From the NCBI GenBank assembly GCA_963847445.1, contig CAWJZV010000027.1, forward strand, positions 32,001 to 96,000: 64,000 nucleotides of DNA. Reading direction: 5' to 3'. Each line of letters starts with the position of its first letter. The stretch's first letter is position 1. The DNA is from an uncultured delta proteobacterium (lineage in GTDB: Bacteria > Desulfobacterota > Binatia > UBA9968). A model generated the notes under the pieces. It ran no database searches. It was not told the DNA's origin and saw only the letters and a program-made list of their open reading frames with translations. Both the position numbers and the translations under genes were made by a program. This document shows, one piece after another, positions 11,170-21,045 of the stretch.

Positions 11170-11934
11170 ATGGGTTTACTGGACGGCAAAGTGGTGGTGG
11201 TGACGGGCGGCGGGCATGGCATCGGCCGCGCCTATTGCATGGGGATCGCGCGCGAAGGCGGCACGGCGGTGGTCGCCGATATCGACGACAAGGCTGCCGA
11301 CGGCGTTGCCAAAGCGATCGCCGACAAGGGCGGCAAAGCACTGGCGACCAAGGTGGACGTGGCCAATTTCGCCAGCTGCCAGGAGATGGCGAAGAAAGCT
11401 CTCGGCAGCTACGGCCAGATCGATGGACTGATCAACAACGCGGCGATCTTCATGAGCGTGCCGGCGGAAAAAGGCAGCTGGCAGGATATCACCGAAGAAG
11501 CCTGGGACCGGATCATGGCGGTCAACGTCAAAGGCTTGTGGCTGTGCAGCCGGGCGGTGGTGCCGGCGATGCAGAAGCGCAAGCAGGGCAGCGTCGTCAA
11601 TATTTCCTCGAACATGGCGTTTAACGGCGGCTTGACGATGATGCACTACGTGACTTCCAAGGCGGCGGTGGTGGGATTCAGCCGTGTGCTCGCGCGGGAG
11701 CTGGGATCGGATAATATTCGCGTGAATACCTTGGCGCCGGCTCGACCATGAGCGAGGACAAAGCGACCGATGACGCGGTGAAGAACTACGAACGCTCGGC
11801 GTCGACGCGCATTCTCAAACGCATCGAGCAGCCGGAGGATCTTGGTTGGGACCGCGCTGTATTTGCTCTCGGATTTGAGCACATTTGTTACCGGGCAGAC
11901 GATTCTGGTCAATGGCGGGGCGGTGTTGCACTAG
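11170..11934 (+). CDS. Short-chain dehydrogenase/reductase (frameshifted near 3' end)
   Basis: TGGGHGIG, NNAA, YxxxK (YVTSK), TGQTILVNGG. Confidence 0.9.
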
Positions 11935-12046
11935 AAAAAAGGCAATAGCCATTGGGCAACAGGCAATAGTCGGCAATTTCGGATTAGTTGTTACAATCGA
12001 AAATCCAAAATCGAAAATCTAAAATGGACGGACGGAGGAAATCGCC

Positions 12047-13129
12047 ATGGGATGGGTAGACGCTGACGCGCATGTCGTCGAAAGTCCGCTGACGTGGGAC
12101 TACCTGACGCCATCGGAGAAAAAGTTTCGGCCGCAGTTGTTCAAGCCGGAGGATGACGATCAGAAGGCGCACTGGGTCATCGACGGCAAGATTCGCGGCT
12201 TGTTTCGCTTTACGTTCAGCAAAGAAGATCTCGACAAGAAGTCCGCCGAGATCGGCCGCGACGTGTCGACGACCATGGCCACCCGCGATCTTGCCGACGT
12301 GTCGGGGCGGATCAAGCATATGGACGAGCTGGGGATCGATATTCAGGTGCTTTACACCAGCATCTTTCTTGACCAGGTGACTGAGCGCGCCGATACCGAG
12401 GTCGCGCTGTGCGGCGCGTACAATCGCTGGATGGCGGACGTGTGGAGGCAGAGCAAGGGCCGGCTGCGCTGGATGGCGACACTGCCGCTATTGAGCATGG
12501 CCGATGCGTTGGATCAATTGAAGTTCGCCAAGGAGAACGGCGGCTGCGGTGTGTTCATGCGCCCGCTCGAAGGCGCGCGCCAGATCAGCGATCCGTACTT
12601 CTTTCCGATGTACGAGATGGCCGAGAAGTTGAACTTTTGCATCGGCTTGCACCAGGCCAACGGCAGCGCCGCGGCGGTGGACATGATGGTCAACCCGGAC
12701 GGCAGCCGCGATTTTTTCAATCAGTATCGGATTTTCAATGTCGGGGCGATGTTCCGCATTCTTAATTGTGGTATTCCTCAGAAGTTTCCCAAGCTGCGCT
12801 TTGGCTTTATCGAGACGGCAGCGTCTTGGGTGCCCTGGGTGATTTACGAGCTGCGCCGCCGTTTGGATACGGTGAACAGCAAATTGCCCAATGATCTCTT
12901 GGAGCGCTGCGGCATCTTCGTTACCTGCCAGATCGGCGACGATGTGCCCTATCTGATCAAGAACTGTATGGGCGAAAACACTTTGATGATCGGCACCGAC
13001 TACGGCCACGCCGATTCGTCGACCGAGTTGGACGCCCTGACGACGTTAAAAGACGACGGCGGCATCAGCGCGGCGATGCACAAGAAGATCGTCGAAGATA
13101 ACCCGCGAGTGTTTTACGGGTTGAATTAA
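12047..13129 (+). CDS. Amidohydrolase_2 family metal-dependent hydrolase/decarboxylase
   Basis: DADAH, MDELGIDIQV, IGLH, FIETAASW, GTDYGHAD. Confidence 0.9.
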   Translation: MGWVDADAHVVESPLTWDYLTPSEKKFRPQLFKPEDDDQKAHWVIDGKIRGLFRFTFSKEDLDKKSAEIGRDVSTTMATRDLADVSGRIKHMDELGIDIQVLYTSIFLDQVTERADTEVALCGAYNRWMADVWRQSKGRLRWMATLPLLSMADALDQLKFAKENGGCGVFMRPLEGARQISDPYFFPMYEMAEKLNFCIGLHQANGSAAAVDMMVNPDGSRDFFNQYRIFNVGAMFRILNCGIPQKFPKLRFGFIETAASWVPWVIYELRRRLDTVNSKLPNDLLERCGIFVTCQIGDDVPYLIKNCMGENTLMIGTDYGHADSSTELDALTTLKDDGGISAAMHKKIVEDNPRVFYGLN

Positions 13130-13316
13130 GAGTCGGATTCGGATTCATTCACCACAAAAGCTGCAAAGACCACAAAGTTCCGGATGCGGAGATTTAGTCG
13201 CAGAGAACGCAAAGGGCGCTAAAAAATAAAAAACGAACAAATCACTGAATGAAGGTCGCACGAGCCTTCGCCTCCGGTTGTCCTCAGTCTTTGCACAATA
13301 AGTTTTTATCTATTCG

Positions 13317-13407
13317 TTGTTGACGCTGTGTGCGTGAGATGTCGGCGCAGTGGCACTCCCGATTGGCAAAGCGCCTCAACCAGGTCGGCTCGACGCATTG
13401 GTTTGGC
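13317..13407 (-). other. Degenerate attC-like recombination site
   Basis: Minus strand GCCAAAC-CAATG-CGT(C)GAG...CTCACG-CACACAGC-GTCAAC, 6 nt after a stop codon; both R boxes deviate from consensus. Confidence 0.4.
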
Positions 13408-13413
13408 ATACAC

Positions 13414-14275
13414 CTACTCTTCTGCATCTTCCTCGTACTCCTCGATAACCGAGTCGGAGAGATGCGCGATAGGTGGGGCTGCGCGCCCAGCCCCCGGACA
13501 CTATCACAATCGGATCGTAGGGGCGGCTTCTTGATCTAGAGGCCCGCGGTCGTAGCGAAAAGACCGGCCGGCGCAAATCGTTTAACAACTGTCGTGGATC
13601 TGCTGCTGCGGCTATCGCGGCGCAACGATGTGCAACCGTATGTCCATGTTGGGTTGCAGTAGCCAAAAGGTCGGCCATGCGGAGGATTTACCCGAGTAGA
13701 TCGAGGTACTATAGTGTGCTCAAAGGTCGATCTATGCACGCTTTATGGCTCGGCCTCAGCGCTCGTTGAGCTCCACAGCACATCGATTTGCTCGATGGTG
13801 CGGAGTGTCACATCATCGTAGTTGAGGGGGAGACGTTCAAGAGGAGGAGGACGATCGCCTCTCCACTCCCCAAGAACCGCTTGGCGATCGTTCCGTGGAA
13901 TCCAAATCTGCATGCCCATCCGAGCTCCGATGCGTATTCAGCGAGTAGCGCCTGAATGCGAGATGGACTCGCGAATTTCTGTGGCGGGATCAAAGCATCC
14001 GTAATACGGGTCATGGGATTCGGTCGCTACTTGAGCACGGTGAGACTGAGACAGAGATTCTTTGGTCCCGCGAACTCGTGCGGTAATTATGCGCTGAAAG
14101 TCACTCTCGTCAACATGCCAGGTACGCGCATCGGGGCTAATCTGTCCCGCCAAAAGACGTTCCAGAAGTCTGGAAACTTGCCATCATTCCAGTGACAGCT
14201 TCTGCACAAGGCTACCGGACGTGACAGTAGTCGAGTTACTCCTCGAGGTTTCGTTCGCATGCTCCCCGTGTAAAG
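13414..14275 (-). pseudogene. Degraded PD-(D/E)xK-type nuclease, resembling the C-terminal half of EVE-domain restriction-like proteins
   Basis: Fragments EIRESIRIQALLAE, IGARMGMQIWIPRNDR, RLPLNYDDVTLRTIEQIDVLW, YSG..LRMADLL..LQPNMDIRLHIVAP, RRPVFSL, IAHLSDSVIEEYEEDAEE*; many shifts; family recognised from memory. Confidence 0.62.
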
Positions 14276-14430
14276 CACTGGTGTCGAGAAAGTAAATCAC
14301 AGGCGATCGTCGCGAGCTTCGATAATGTCGCTCGCTCAAGCCGGCAAGTTTCTTGCCGATCGCGAGCGTCTTACGCAAATCGGACCTTGCCTTTGATCGG
14401 TCCGATCAGTCGGTCCAAGCCCGGGCAACC
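14270..14430 (-). pseudogene. VapBC remnant (antitoxin 3' end plus first codons of a PIN toxin)
   Basis: ..GLSE..DIIEARDDRL* overlaps GTG-IYFLDTSAL (GTGA coupling at 14297-14300). Confidence 0.6.
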
Positions 14431-14442
14431 TTGTTGAATAAC

Positions 14443-14533
14443 GCTGCTTGATAAACTCCGACGCTCGAGTTCCTGCACCAAGCTCATATCGACGAAACTT
14501 TTCGGGTCGGCGGCGCCGGCTATTTTGGCGCAC
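14443..14533 (-). repeat. Diverged direct copy of the 3' end of the substrate-binding protein gene at 15313-15404
   Basis: Shared GCTGCTTGATAAAC and TCCTGCACCAAGCTCATATCGACGAAACT..TCGGCGGCGCC. Confidence 0.85.
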
Positions 14534-14599
14534 AGAACCACTTCGTAACTTATGTGGAAATTCCGGCTGCGCGATGGTTCTGAGGCTCCCAGGTGTCGG

Positions 14600-14866
14600 C
14601 TAAGGCTTCGAGCGCCGGGCCGGATTCGGCCAGTCGTGCAAAATCGCCGGATCGAAATCCGCACCGTTGGGCCAGACGAGCGTGTGCGCTTCGGGATCGA
14701 TGCTGACTTGGTCGAAAACTGCGGTGTCTCGCAAAGGTTCGTAAACTTCCCCCTTCAGCACAGGGTGAAAATCTACGATTTGGGATGTGCCGTCATCGAA
14801 GTGGACGCGTAAAGTGAATGGCGCGATCTTGTGAAACGATACAACGCGATGAATTTGGTGGGTCAT
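14600..14866 (-). CDS. DUF2442 domain protein (putative antitoxin)
   Basis: LRVHFDDGT..VDF..L.G.VYEPLRD..F..V......TLVWPNGADFDP. Confidence 0.85.
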   Translation of the reverse strand: MTHQIHRVVSFHKIAPFTLRVHFDDGTSQIVDFHPVLKGEVYEPLRDTAVFDQVSIDPEAHTLVWPNGADFDPAILHDWPNPARRSKP

Positions 14867-14874
14867 GGGCGCAT

Positions 14875-15110
14875 CCTACGTTCAATGGCTCAATGCTTAA
14901 CTCGCGAAGCTTCGAGGCCGCTGATGGCCAATGGTCGGTGCGCAATTCGCCTGTAACTCCTCGTTGGTGCAGCTCGGCCCAAGCTTTCAAAACGAGCTCG
15001 TTCTTGCCGCCTCGGCATTGCGCCAGCCAATCGTACTCGATCTTGGCGATATCGTAAATCGCAACATGCTCCTGCTAATACGCGTCAAAGTGCGACGCTA
15101 GTGCTGCGGC
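14875..15110 (-). pseudogene. DUF4160 family toxin-like remnant
   Basis: HFDAY*QEHVAIYDI..KAWAELHQ..IEPL directly upstream of DUF2442; internal TAG, no 5' end. Confidence 0.65.
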
Positions 15111-15305
15111 CATCTCCGTGCCAATCGCCGAGCACGTCCGATTGACAATCGCCGAGAGAGTTTTCCGAGAACTCCCAGGCTTTGGCTCTGCGATGTGACG
15201 TTAAGGTGCAGCGGTTCTAAGCACAGGTCTTTTAAAACTTTACCAGGAGGAGGCGGGTTATGCATACGCATGAGTCACCTAAACGAGTCGAATCCCAGTT
15301 ACCGC

Positions 15306-16287
15306 TTATACAGCTGCTTGATAAACCCCGACGCTTCCAACTCCTGCACCAAGCTCATATCGACGAAACTCTTCGGATCGGCGGCGCCAGCTTTTTTGTC
15401 GCGCGGGGCCATGTCGTCGAGCAGGGTTTTGACGCCTTCGGCGTGCGGATAAGGAACTTCGGGGAAGGCGGCTGTTGTAGGCTTTGTAGGCGCGCTCGAG
15501 TCCTTCGGGGTCTTTGGTTTTGAGATTTTTGCCGATCAGCGCTTTGGTGTCCTCTTTGTTGGTCTTAATGTAGTGCAGCGCTTCGGTGAAGGCGCGCACG
15601 ACTTTTTGCACCAGCGGCCGGCGTTCTTTGACGGTCTTTTCCCGGGTGACGATGGCGTTGACGTGGTAGGGAATCTTCAGCGTGCCGATGTCGAAGAGAT
15701 CGCGGAAGCCGAGTTTTTCCGCTTCGCGCACCAGCGGTTCGCCGAGGAGTGTGAACTGGGTGATATTGTTCGCCAACGCGGCGAGGCGCTGGGGATTTTC
15801 GCCCGTGGCGATGATTTTGGTTTCCTTTTCCGGGTCCACTCCCAAGCGGCGCAGGGCGAGCCGCAGCGTCATGTCGGAGGTGGTGCCTAGGCGGTTGACG
15901 CCGCCAAATTTGCCCTTGAGCTGCTCGATGGTCGTGATGCTGCCCAGGGAAACGATGTGGTCGATGAACAGCGGCAGGTTGGTCGATACCATGACGGTGT
16001 CGGCGCCGGCGAGTTTAGAAGTCACCAGCGTCGCCGAAGGAGCGACGATGAAATCGACTTCGCCGGTGAGCAGCGCTTGAATGACGATCGTGCTGGCGCT
16101 GATGCTGATGACCTCGAGCGTTGAGGCCATTGCGCTTGAAAAAGCCTTTTTGGTCGGCGACCCAGATGGGCGTATTAGACGGCGTGCTGCCGGCCCAGGC
16201 GATGCGCATGCGCTCCTGGGCTGAGGCGACGCTTGTCACCGTTGCGCAGATAAGTAAAGACAGGACCATGGGAACGATTCGATGCAT
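15306..16287 (-). CDS. NitT/TauT ABC substrate-binding protein (frameshifted)
   Basis: WVADQKGFFKRNGL, LKGKFGGVNRLG, ADPKSFVD; at least two indels. Confidence 0.85.
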
Positions 16288-16492
16288 GAGGTACTCCTGA
16301 CACTTAAAGATTGCGCGGACTATAGCGTCTGGCTGTTTTTGCTGTCAATCACGGTGCGTGCGTCTTCTTGGACAATTGGCATCCCGGGGCGATCGTGTTT
16401 ATGATGGCGGATAGATACCGAGGTAAGAAACAAAGCATGCGGTCGATTATCATAGTTGCCGGACAGTTCGTGGTGGATCCGCGTTTTGGTTC

Positions 16493-17272
16493 ATGGTCAC
16501 CGAAGAAGAAAATAATTTATTAAAGCAGACCGGCAAGGGCACGCCTTGCGGCGAGCTGATGCGGCGTTATTGGCAGCCGGCGGCGTTGTCGGAAGATGTG
16601 CCGGCGGACAAGCCGTTTCCGGTGCAGCTGTTCGGCGAGGAGCTGATTCTCTTCCGCGACGGGGAGGGCAAGCCGGCTTTGATCGGCCGCTACTGCGCGC
16701 ATCAGGGCGTCGATATGATTTATGGCCGGGTCGAGCCGGACGGGCTGCGCTGCATGTATCATGGCTGGCTGTTCGACACTTGCGGCAAGGTGCTGCTGCG
16801 CGGCGACTGGCTGCCGGAGAAAGAGCGGCGATGGGATGTCGGCCAGCCGTCCTATCCTTGCGTCGAAGCGGGCGGGATCATTTTTGTTTATATGGGGCCG
16901 GGCGATGCGCCGGCGTTGCCGCCCTATGAATGTCTCGCCAAGCAACCGGCAGGGCGTCCGCCGACGAAAGTTTTGCGCGCGGAAAATTACCTGCGAGGGA
17001 TTGCCGACGGTGCAAACCCGCCGGCCGATGGCGCCAAATTCGTCATGCCCAATATGCTGACCGCTCAAGGCATCGCCTCCGGCAAACAAAACTCGCTGCG
17101 CTGGCATGTGCCGGTCGACGACGTTTCCCATGTTGAATTCACCGTGAGCTATCGCGGCGCTGGGCGGTTCTCGGATGAACCGCAGGTATCGCCGCGCCAG
17201 GCGCTGCTCGCGGGGATTGAAATTATTCGCGCCGAGCGAGCTGCGCCGCCCGAATCCAGCGAGAAAAGTTAG
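16493..17272 (+). CDS. Rieske [2Fe-2S] protein, phthalate-dioxygenase/LigX-like N-terminus with shortened catalytic domain
   Basis: GELMRRYWQP, CAHQG..CMYHGW. Confidence 0.85.
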   Translation: MVTEEENNLLKQTGKGTPCGELMRRYWQPAALSEDVPADKPFPVQLFGEELILFRDGEGKPALIGRYCAHQGVDMIYGRVEPDGLRCMYHGWLFDTCGKVLLRGDWLPEKERRWDVGQPSYPCVEAGGIIFVYMGPGDAPALPPYECLAKQPAGRPPTKVLRAENYLRGIADGANPPADGAKFVMPNMLTAQGIASGKQNSLRWHVPVDDVSHVEFTVSYRGAGRFSDEPQVSPRQALLAGIEIIRAERAAPPESSEKS

Positions 17273-17286
17273 CTTGGTAACTTCAA

Positions 17287-18369
17287 TCAAGCGAGCAAGC
17301 GGCCGAGGTTGACGATCACTTCTTCGATGTCGTCGAGCGAGTTCCAGCGCGGTGAGCCGCCCATGTGCGGAGTGACGATGACGTTGGGAAATTTTATCAA
17401 CGGATCATCGGCGTCGCCCGGTTCTTCGTAAAAAGTGTCGAGGCCGAAACCGCCTAGCCGTTGTGATTCCAGGGCGCGTTGCAGCGCGTGGCGTTCGACT
17501 AAGTTCGGTTGCGAGACGTTGATTAAGAATGCGCCGGGCTTGATGACTGAGAGTTCACCTGCACCGATGAAGTTGACGGTCGCCGGACTGCGCGGCAAGT
17601 GCAGGCTGATGAAGTCCGAGCCGGCAAGCAGTTCGTCTAGCTTCATGTACGTCGCCTGATATTGCTCTTCCACCGCGGCGGGCAAGCGCGTGCGCTGGTG
17701 ATAAGCGATGCGCATGCCGAGGGCGATGGCGCGCAAAGCTAGTTCCCTGCCGATCTCGCCGAGTCCGACGATGCCGAGTTGGCGCTGGTAGAGCGTGATC
17801 ATGCCGGGGATGCGCGCCCAGTTGCCGTTGGGCGTGTGTTGGCGATTGTAGGTCGTCGGCCGGTAGCCGGCATTGCTGAGTTGTTGGTTGCTAATCAGGT
17901 TGGCGTTCTGCGTCACCTGGCGCGCCAGGGCGAGCATGAGCATCAAGCCTTGTTCCGCGGTCGAAATGTTCGCCCGGCGTCTGATCGTCAAGACTTTTGC
18001 GTTGGCTTTCGCACAAGCTTCTTCGTCGATGTTGCGCGTCGTGAAGCCGTACTTATGCACGAATCTGAGTTTCGCGCCGGCAGCGGCGACTTCTTGCGGT
18101 CCGAAAGAAAGTTCTTCAATGACGACGACAGTTGCGCCGGGGAGATTCGTTAGCAACTCTTCCTGGCTGTCGACCAAGCGGACATCCGATGGGTAAAGAT
18201 TTTTCGCCTGGGCGCGGATTCTGTCACACCAGCCGCGGAAATCCGCCAGGTCGTGCAAGCAAAAGTGCGCGAAGGCGGCAATCCGTTCTTCGGCTGCCGA
18301 CGGATCGAGGACGACTTCGATCAAGCGCAGGAAGGTGTCGTTTTCGACGACGAATTGTAGCTGATGCAT
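17287..18369 (-). CDS. D-isomer-specific 2-hydroxyacid dehydrogenase family protein
   Basis: GIVGLGEIG, SDFISLHLP, DTFYEEP, TPHMGG. Confidence 0.88.
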   Translation of the reverse strand: MHQLQFVVENDTFLRLIEVVLDPSAAEERIAAFAHFCLHDLADFRGWCDRIRAQAKNLYPSDVRLVDSQEELLTNLPGATVVVIEELSFGPQEVAAAGAKLRFVHKYGFTTRNIDEEACAKANAKVLTIRRRANISTAEQGLMLMLALARQVTQNANLISNQQLSNAGYRPTTYNRQHTPNGNWARIPGMITLYQRQLGIVGLGEIGRELALRAIALGMRIAYHQRTRLPAAVEEQYQATYMKLDELLAGSDFISLHLPRSPATVNFIGAGELSVIKPGAFLINVSQPNLVERHALQRALESQRLGGFGLDTFYEEPGDADDPLIKFPNVIVTPHMGGSPRWNSLDDIEEVIVNLGRLLA

Positions 18370-18468
18370 AAATTTCGTTCAACAGTTCAACGGTTCAGAA
18401 GGTTCAAGGTTGAGGACTCGCGGATTTGCCCTCACGTTGAACATTTGAACCCGTGGGAGAGCGAATAC

Positions 18469-18996
18469 TCAGGGTTCCGGGTCGATTTTTAGTGCCTGTA
18501 AAACTCTTGTGAACATGTTGTAGGTACCGATGAGCATGGTCAGTTCGACGGTTTGGCGTTCGCTGAAGTGTCGGCGCACTTCGGCGAACAGGTTGTCCGG
18601 TACCTCGATTTCGCGCGTCATGGTGTCGGTGTAGGCAAGCAGGGCGCGCTGCTTATCGTTGAATAGCTTCGATGGTTGCCAGTCGGCGATGGCGGTGACC
18701 TGCTCGGGCGTCAAGCCTTCCTTCAGTGCGTAGGCCGGTCCATGGGCGCGTTGGACGTATTCGACATTGTTCAATAGCGCCACGCGGATGACCGCGATCT
18801 CGCGGCACTGGCCGTCGATCTCGGTGCCGTAGCGCACGGCTTGGTTGAACTCGAACCAGGCATTGGCCAGCGTCGGACTATGCAGCATCAAGCGATAGAC
18901 GTTGATCAGCCGCCCGCCGCGGGCGCCTTTGATTTTGGCGATAGTGTCGGCGAGCTCGGGATGATCGGCTTCGCCGATTAATGCTACGCGTGCCAT
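18469..18996 (-). CDS. Carboxymuconolactone decarboxylase/AhpD-like protein
   Basis: NVYRLMLHSP, REIAVIRVA..EY...H, VELTMLIGTYN. Confidence 0.85.
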   Translation of the reverse strand: MARVALIGEADHPELADTIAKIKGARGGRLINVYRLMLHSPTLANAWFEFNQAVRYGTEIDGQCREIAVIRVALLNNVEYVQRAHGPAYALKEGLTPEQVTAIADWQPSKLFNDKQRALLAYTDTMTREIEVPDNLFAEVRRHFSERQTVELTMLIGTYNMFTRVLQALKIDPEP

Positions 18997-19117
18997 GAGT
19001 ACCTCGAATTGCAAAACGTGTTCAAGCCGTTCAACCGCTTTGCTCCGTTCAAATCGTTCAAGACGTCGGCTTGGGTTCCAGTCGTTCCAGTGGTTCCAAC
19101 GGTTGCAGTTGTTTAGA

Positions 19118-20575
19118 TCAGGCTGCGCTGCGGCGTTGCATGCGCAGCGTGAAGCCGGGGCGTTGAATGAACACGCTAGCGCGGTCTTTTTGTTTCGACA
19201 ACTCGCCGACCAGATTGACCAGCGGATTACCGCCGTTCGCATAGGTCCGCGCCGGGCCGGCGGCGTACATGCGGTCGACGTCCTCTTTGCTGGAAAAAAA
19301 TCGCAACAAGAGTTCTTCGTCGTTCTTGCCGCCGTACTTTTTACGCAGCTCTTGGAGCGTGTCGGTTGGGTGAGGGCGGCCGGCGATCTCTTTGGCGCGC
19401 GGGCGATTCAAGATTTTTTCTTTGACGTTCTTGTCCATGAAGTCGGCGCCTTCTTTGCCCCAGATGCCCATGGCGTATTCGATGGTCTGGTCGGTGACCT
19501 GTTTGTAGCGCTCGCCGACAATCACATTGATGGCGGCCTGGCTGCCGACGAACTGCGACAGCGGCGTGACCATGATCGGGTAGCCGAAATCGGCGCGCAC
19601 CTGGGCGGCTTCTTCTAAGGTCTGATCGATTTTGTCATCCATGCCGACGCGGCTCAATTGATGGCGCAGGTTGGAAATCATGCCGCCGGGAATTTGATGG
19701 ACATATTGCGCGTAGTCGTATTCGGGAGTTTTACCGATGGGAAGATTCGCTTGCCTGGCGCAGGCGGTGAGAAACTTGGATGCCTCGCGCAAAGTTGCTT
19801 CATTGATCATGGTTTTATAGCCGAGGGCACGCGCGTTCATGGCGACATTGAATAGCGACGGGTTTCCCGAGCCGTCGGCGAGCGGTGGAATCGCCGTGTT
19901 GATGTGCACCATGCCGGCTTTGATCGCCTCCAAGCAGCACAGCGTGCCGAGACCCGTCGTGCAATGGGTGTGCAGTTCCAGCGTCGTCTTGCCCGCCGCT
20001 TTCAGTACCGCCGGAACGACGGTCTTGGTGCGCTCGGGAGTCAGGATGCCGCCGGGATCTTTGAATATCACGCGGTAAACATCGAGGGCGATCGCCTCTT
20101 TGAGTTTGGCTGCGTAGTATTCGTCGGTATGGCGCGGCGACACGGTGTAAATCAAATTGATAATCGGTTTCAGGCCGGCGTTCTTGGCCTGTTTGACGCG
20201 CCAGGCCCAGTCCGCGGCATCGTTCCATGAATCGGAGATGCGCACTTCGCTGACGCCGACATTGGCCATGCAGGTATCGAAGAGTTGGTGCAGGGCATCG
20301 GGATAAATGGCGAAGCCGCTGCGCGAGCCATGCACCAGGCGAAGAGGCGTGCGTTTGAATTTCGGGATAATCAATCGGTAGCGCTCCCAGGGATCTTCGC
20401 GCAGCTCTTTGACGCACTTGGGGATTTCAATGGGACCGCCGAGCTCGATGGCTTCGAAGCCGGCGTCGTCGAGTTGCGCGCAGATCGGCGCGATCATGCC
20501 GGTGCGGATGTTGTAGGCCCACAGACTCTGGGCGCCGTCGCGGATGGTGGTGTCTTGGAAATAAACTTCGGTCAT
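19118..20575 (-). CDS. Carboxyltransferase (pyruvate carboxylase subunit B / oxaloacetate decarboxylase alpha-like) without biotinyl domain
   Basis: DTTIRDGAQSL, KDPGG, HTHCTTG, HQIPGGMISN, GYPIMVTPLSQFVG. Confidence 0.9.
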   Translation of the reverse strand: MTEVYFQDTTIRDGAQSLWAYNIRTGMIAPICAQLDDAGFEAIELGGPIEIPKCVKELREDPWERYRLIIPKFKRTPLRLVHGSRSGFAIYPDALHQLFDTCMANVGVSEVRISDSWNDAADWAWRVKQAKNAGLKPIINLIYTVSPRHTDEYYAAKLKEAIALDVYRVIFKDPGGILTPERTKTVVPAVLKAAGKTTLELHTHCTTGLGTLCCLEAIKAGMVHINTAIPPLADGSGNPSLFNVAMNARALGYKTMINEATLREASKFLTACARQANLPIGKTPEYDYAQYVHQIPGGMISNLRHQLSRVGMDDKIDQTLEEAAQVRADFGYPIMVTPLSQFVGSQAAINVIVGERYKQVTDQTIEYAMGIWGKEGADFMDKNVKEKILNRPRAKEIAGRPHPTDTLQELRKKYGGKNDEELLLRFFSSKEDVDRMYAAGPARTYANGGNPLVNLVGELSKQKDRASVFIQRPGFTLRMQRRSAA

Positions 20576-20643
20576 GGCAGGGTCCTAATATTTCGGTACT
20601 TCACGCGGTAGTGTGGAGATGTTTGCGCTATTGTCGTGATTGG

Positions 20644-20980
20644 TTTCACCACGAAGATCACGAAGGACAGAAGGGCTCGGACAATAAAGGTTCCGAACTT
20701 CGTGCTCTTTGTACTACTCTCCGTGATAGTTTGCGCAAGTTGCGCAAATGGTCCGGGAGCCGTGACGCCTCGGATTCGGATATTCCTCGCGCCAAGGCCG
20801 CCAAGGTCGCGAAGTGACAGGCCAGAGGCCTGTCATGCTGAGCGAATGCTAAAGATCGAAGATGGATTTCTCTCTCCGTTCGAAATGACAACGTTCTTCC
20901 TTTGCGCCCTTCGCGTGCTTTGCGCGAGATATTCCGAAATTCGGTTGCGGCGCAGCCGCGCTGTGTCCTTCGTGGTGAAA
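20644..20980. repeat. Nested composite intergenic repeat
   Basis: Outer inverted repeat TTTCACCACGAAG/CTTCGTGGTGAAA; 20864-20963 is nearly identical to 45019-45118. Confidence 0.8.
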
Positions 20981-21045
20981 ATTGCTTCATAGTAAAACCA
21001 GGAGATCGATTTTTCTAACGTATAATCTAAACCAGCAGCAGGGTT

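Noticed and set aside
10291-11751. 486-aa Bug-SDR fusion ORF
   Set aside because: Produced by indels reading through an intergenic repeat; the SDR has its own RBS and ATG at 11170
13580-13654. Plus-strand GTTTAAC..GTTGGGT as attC
   Set aside because: No complementary L boxes, and it lies within the minus-strand nuclease remnant
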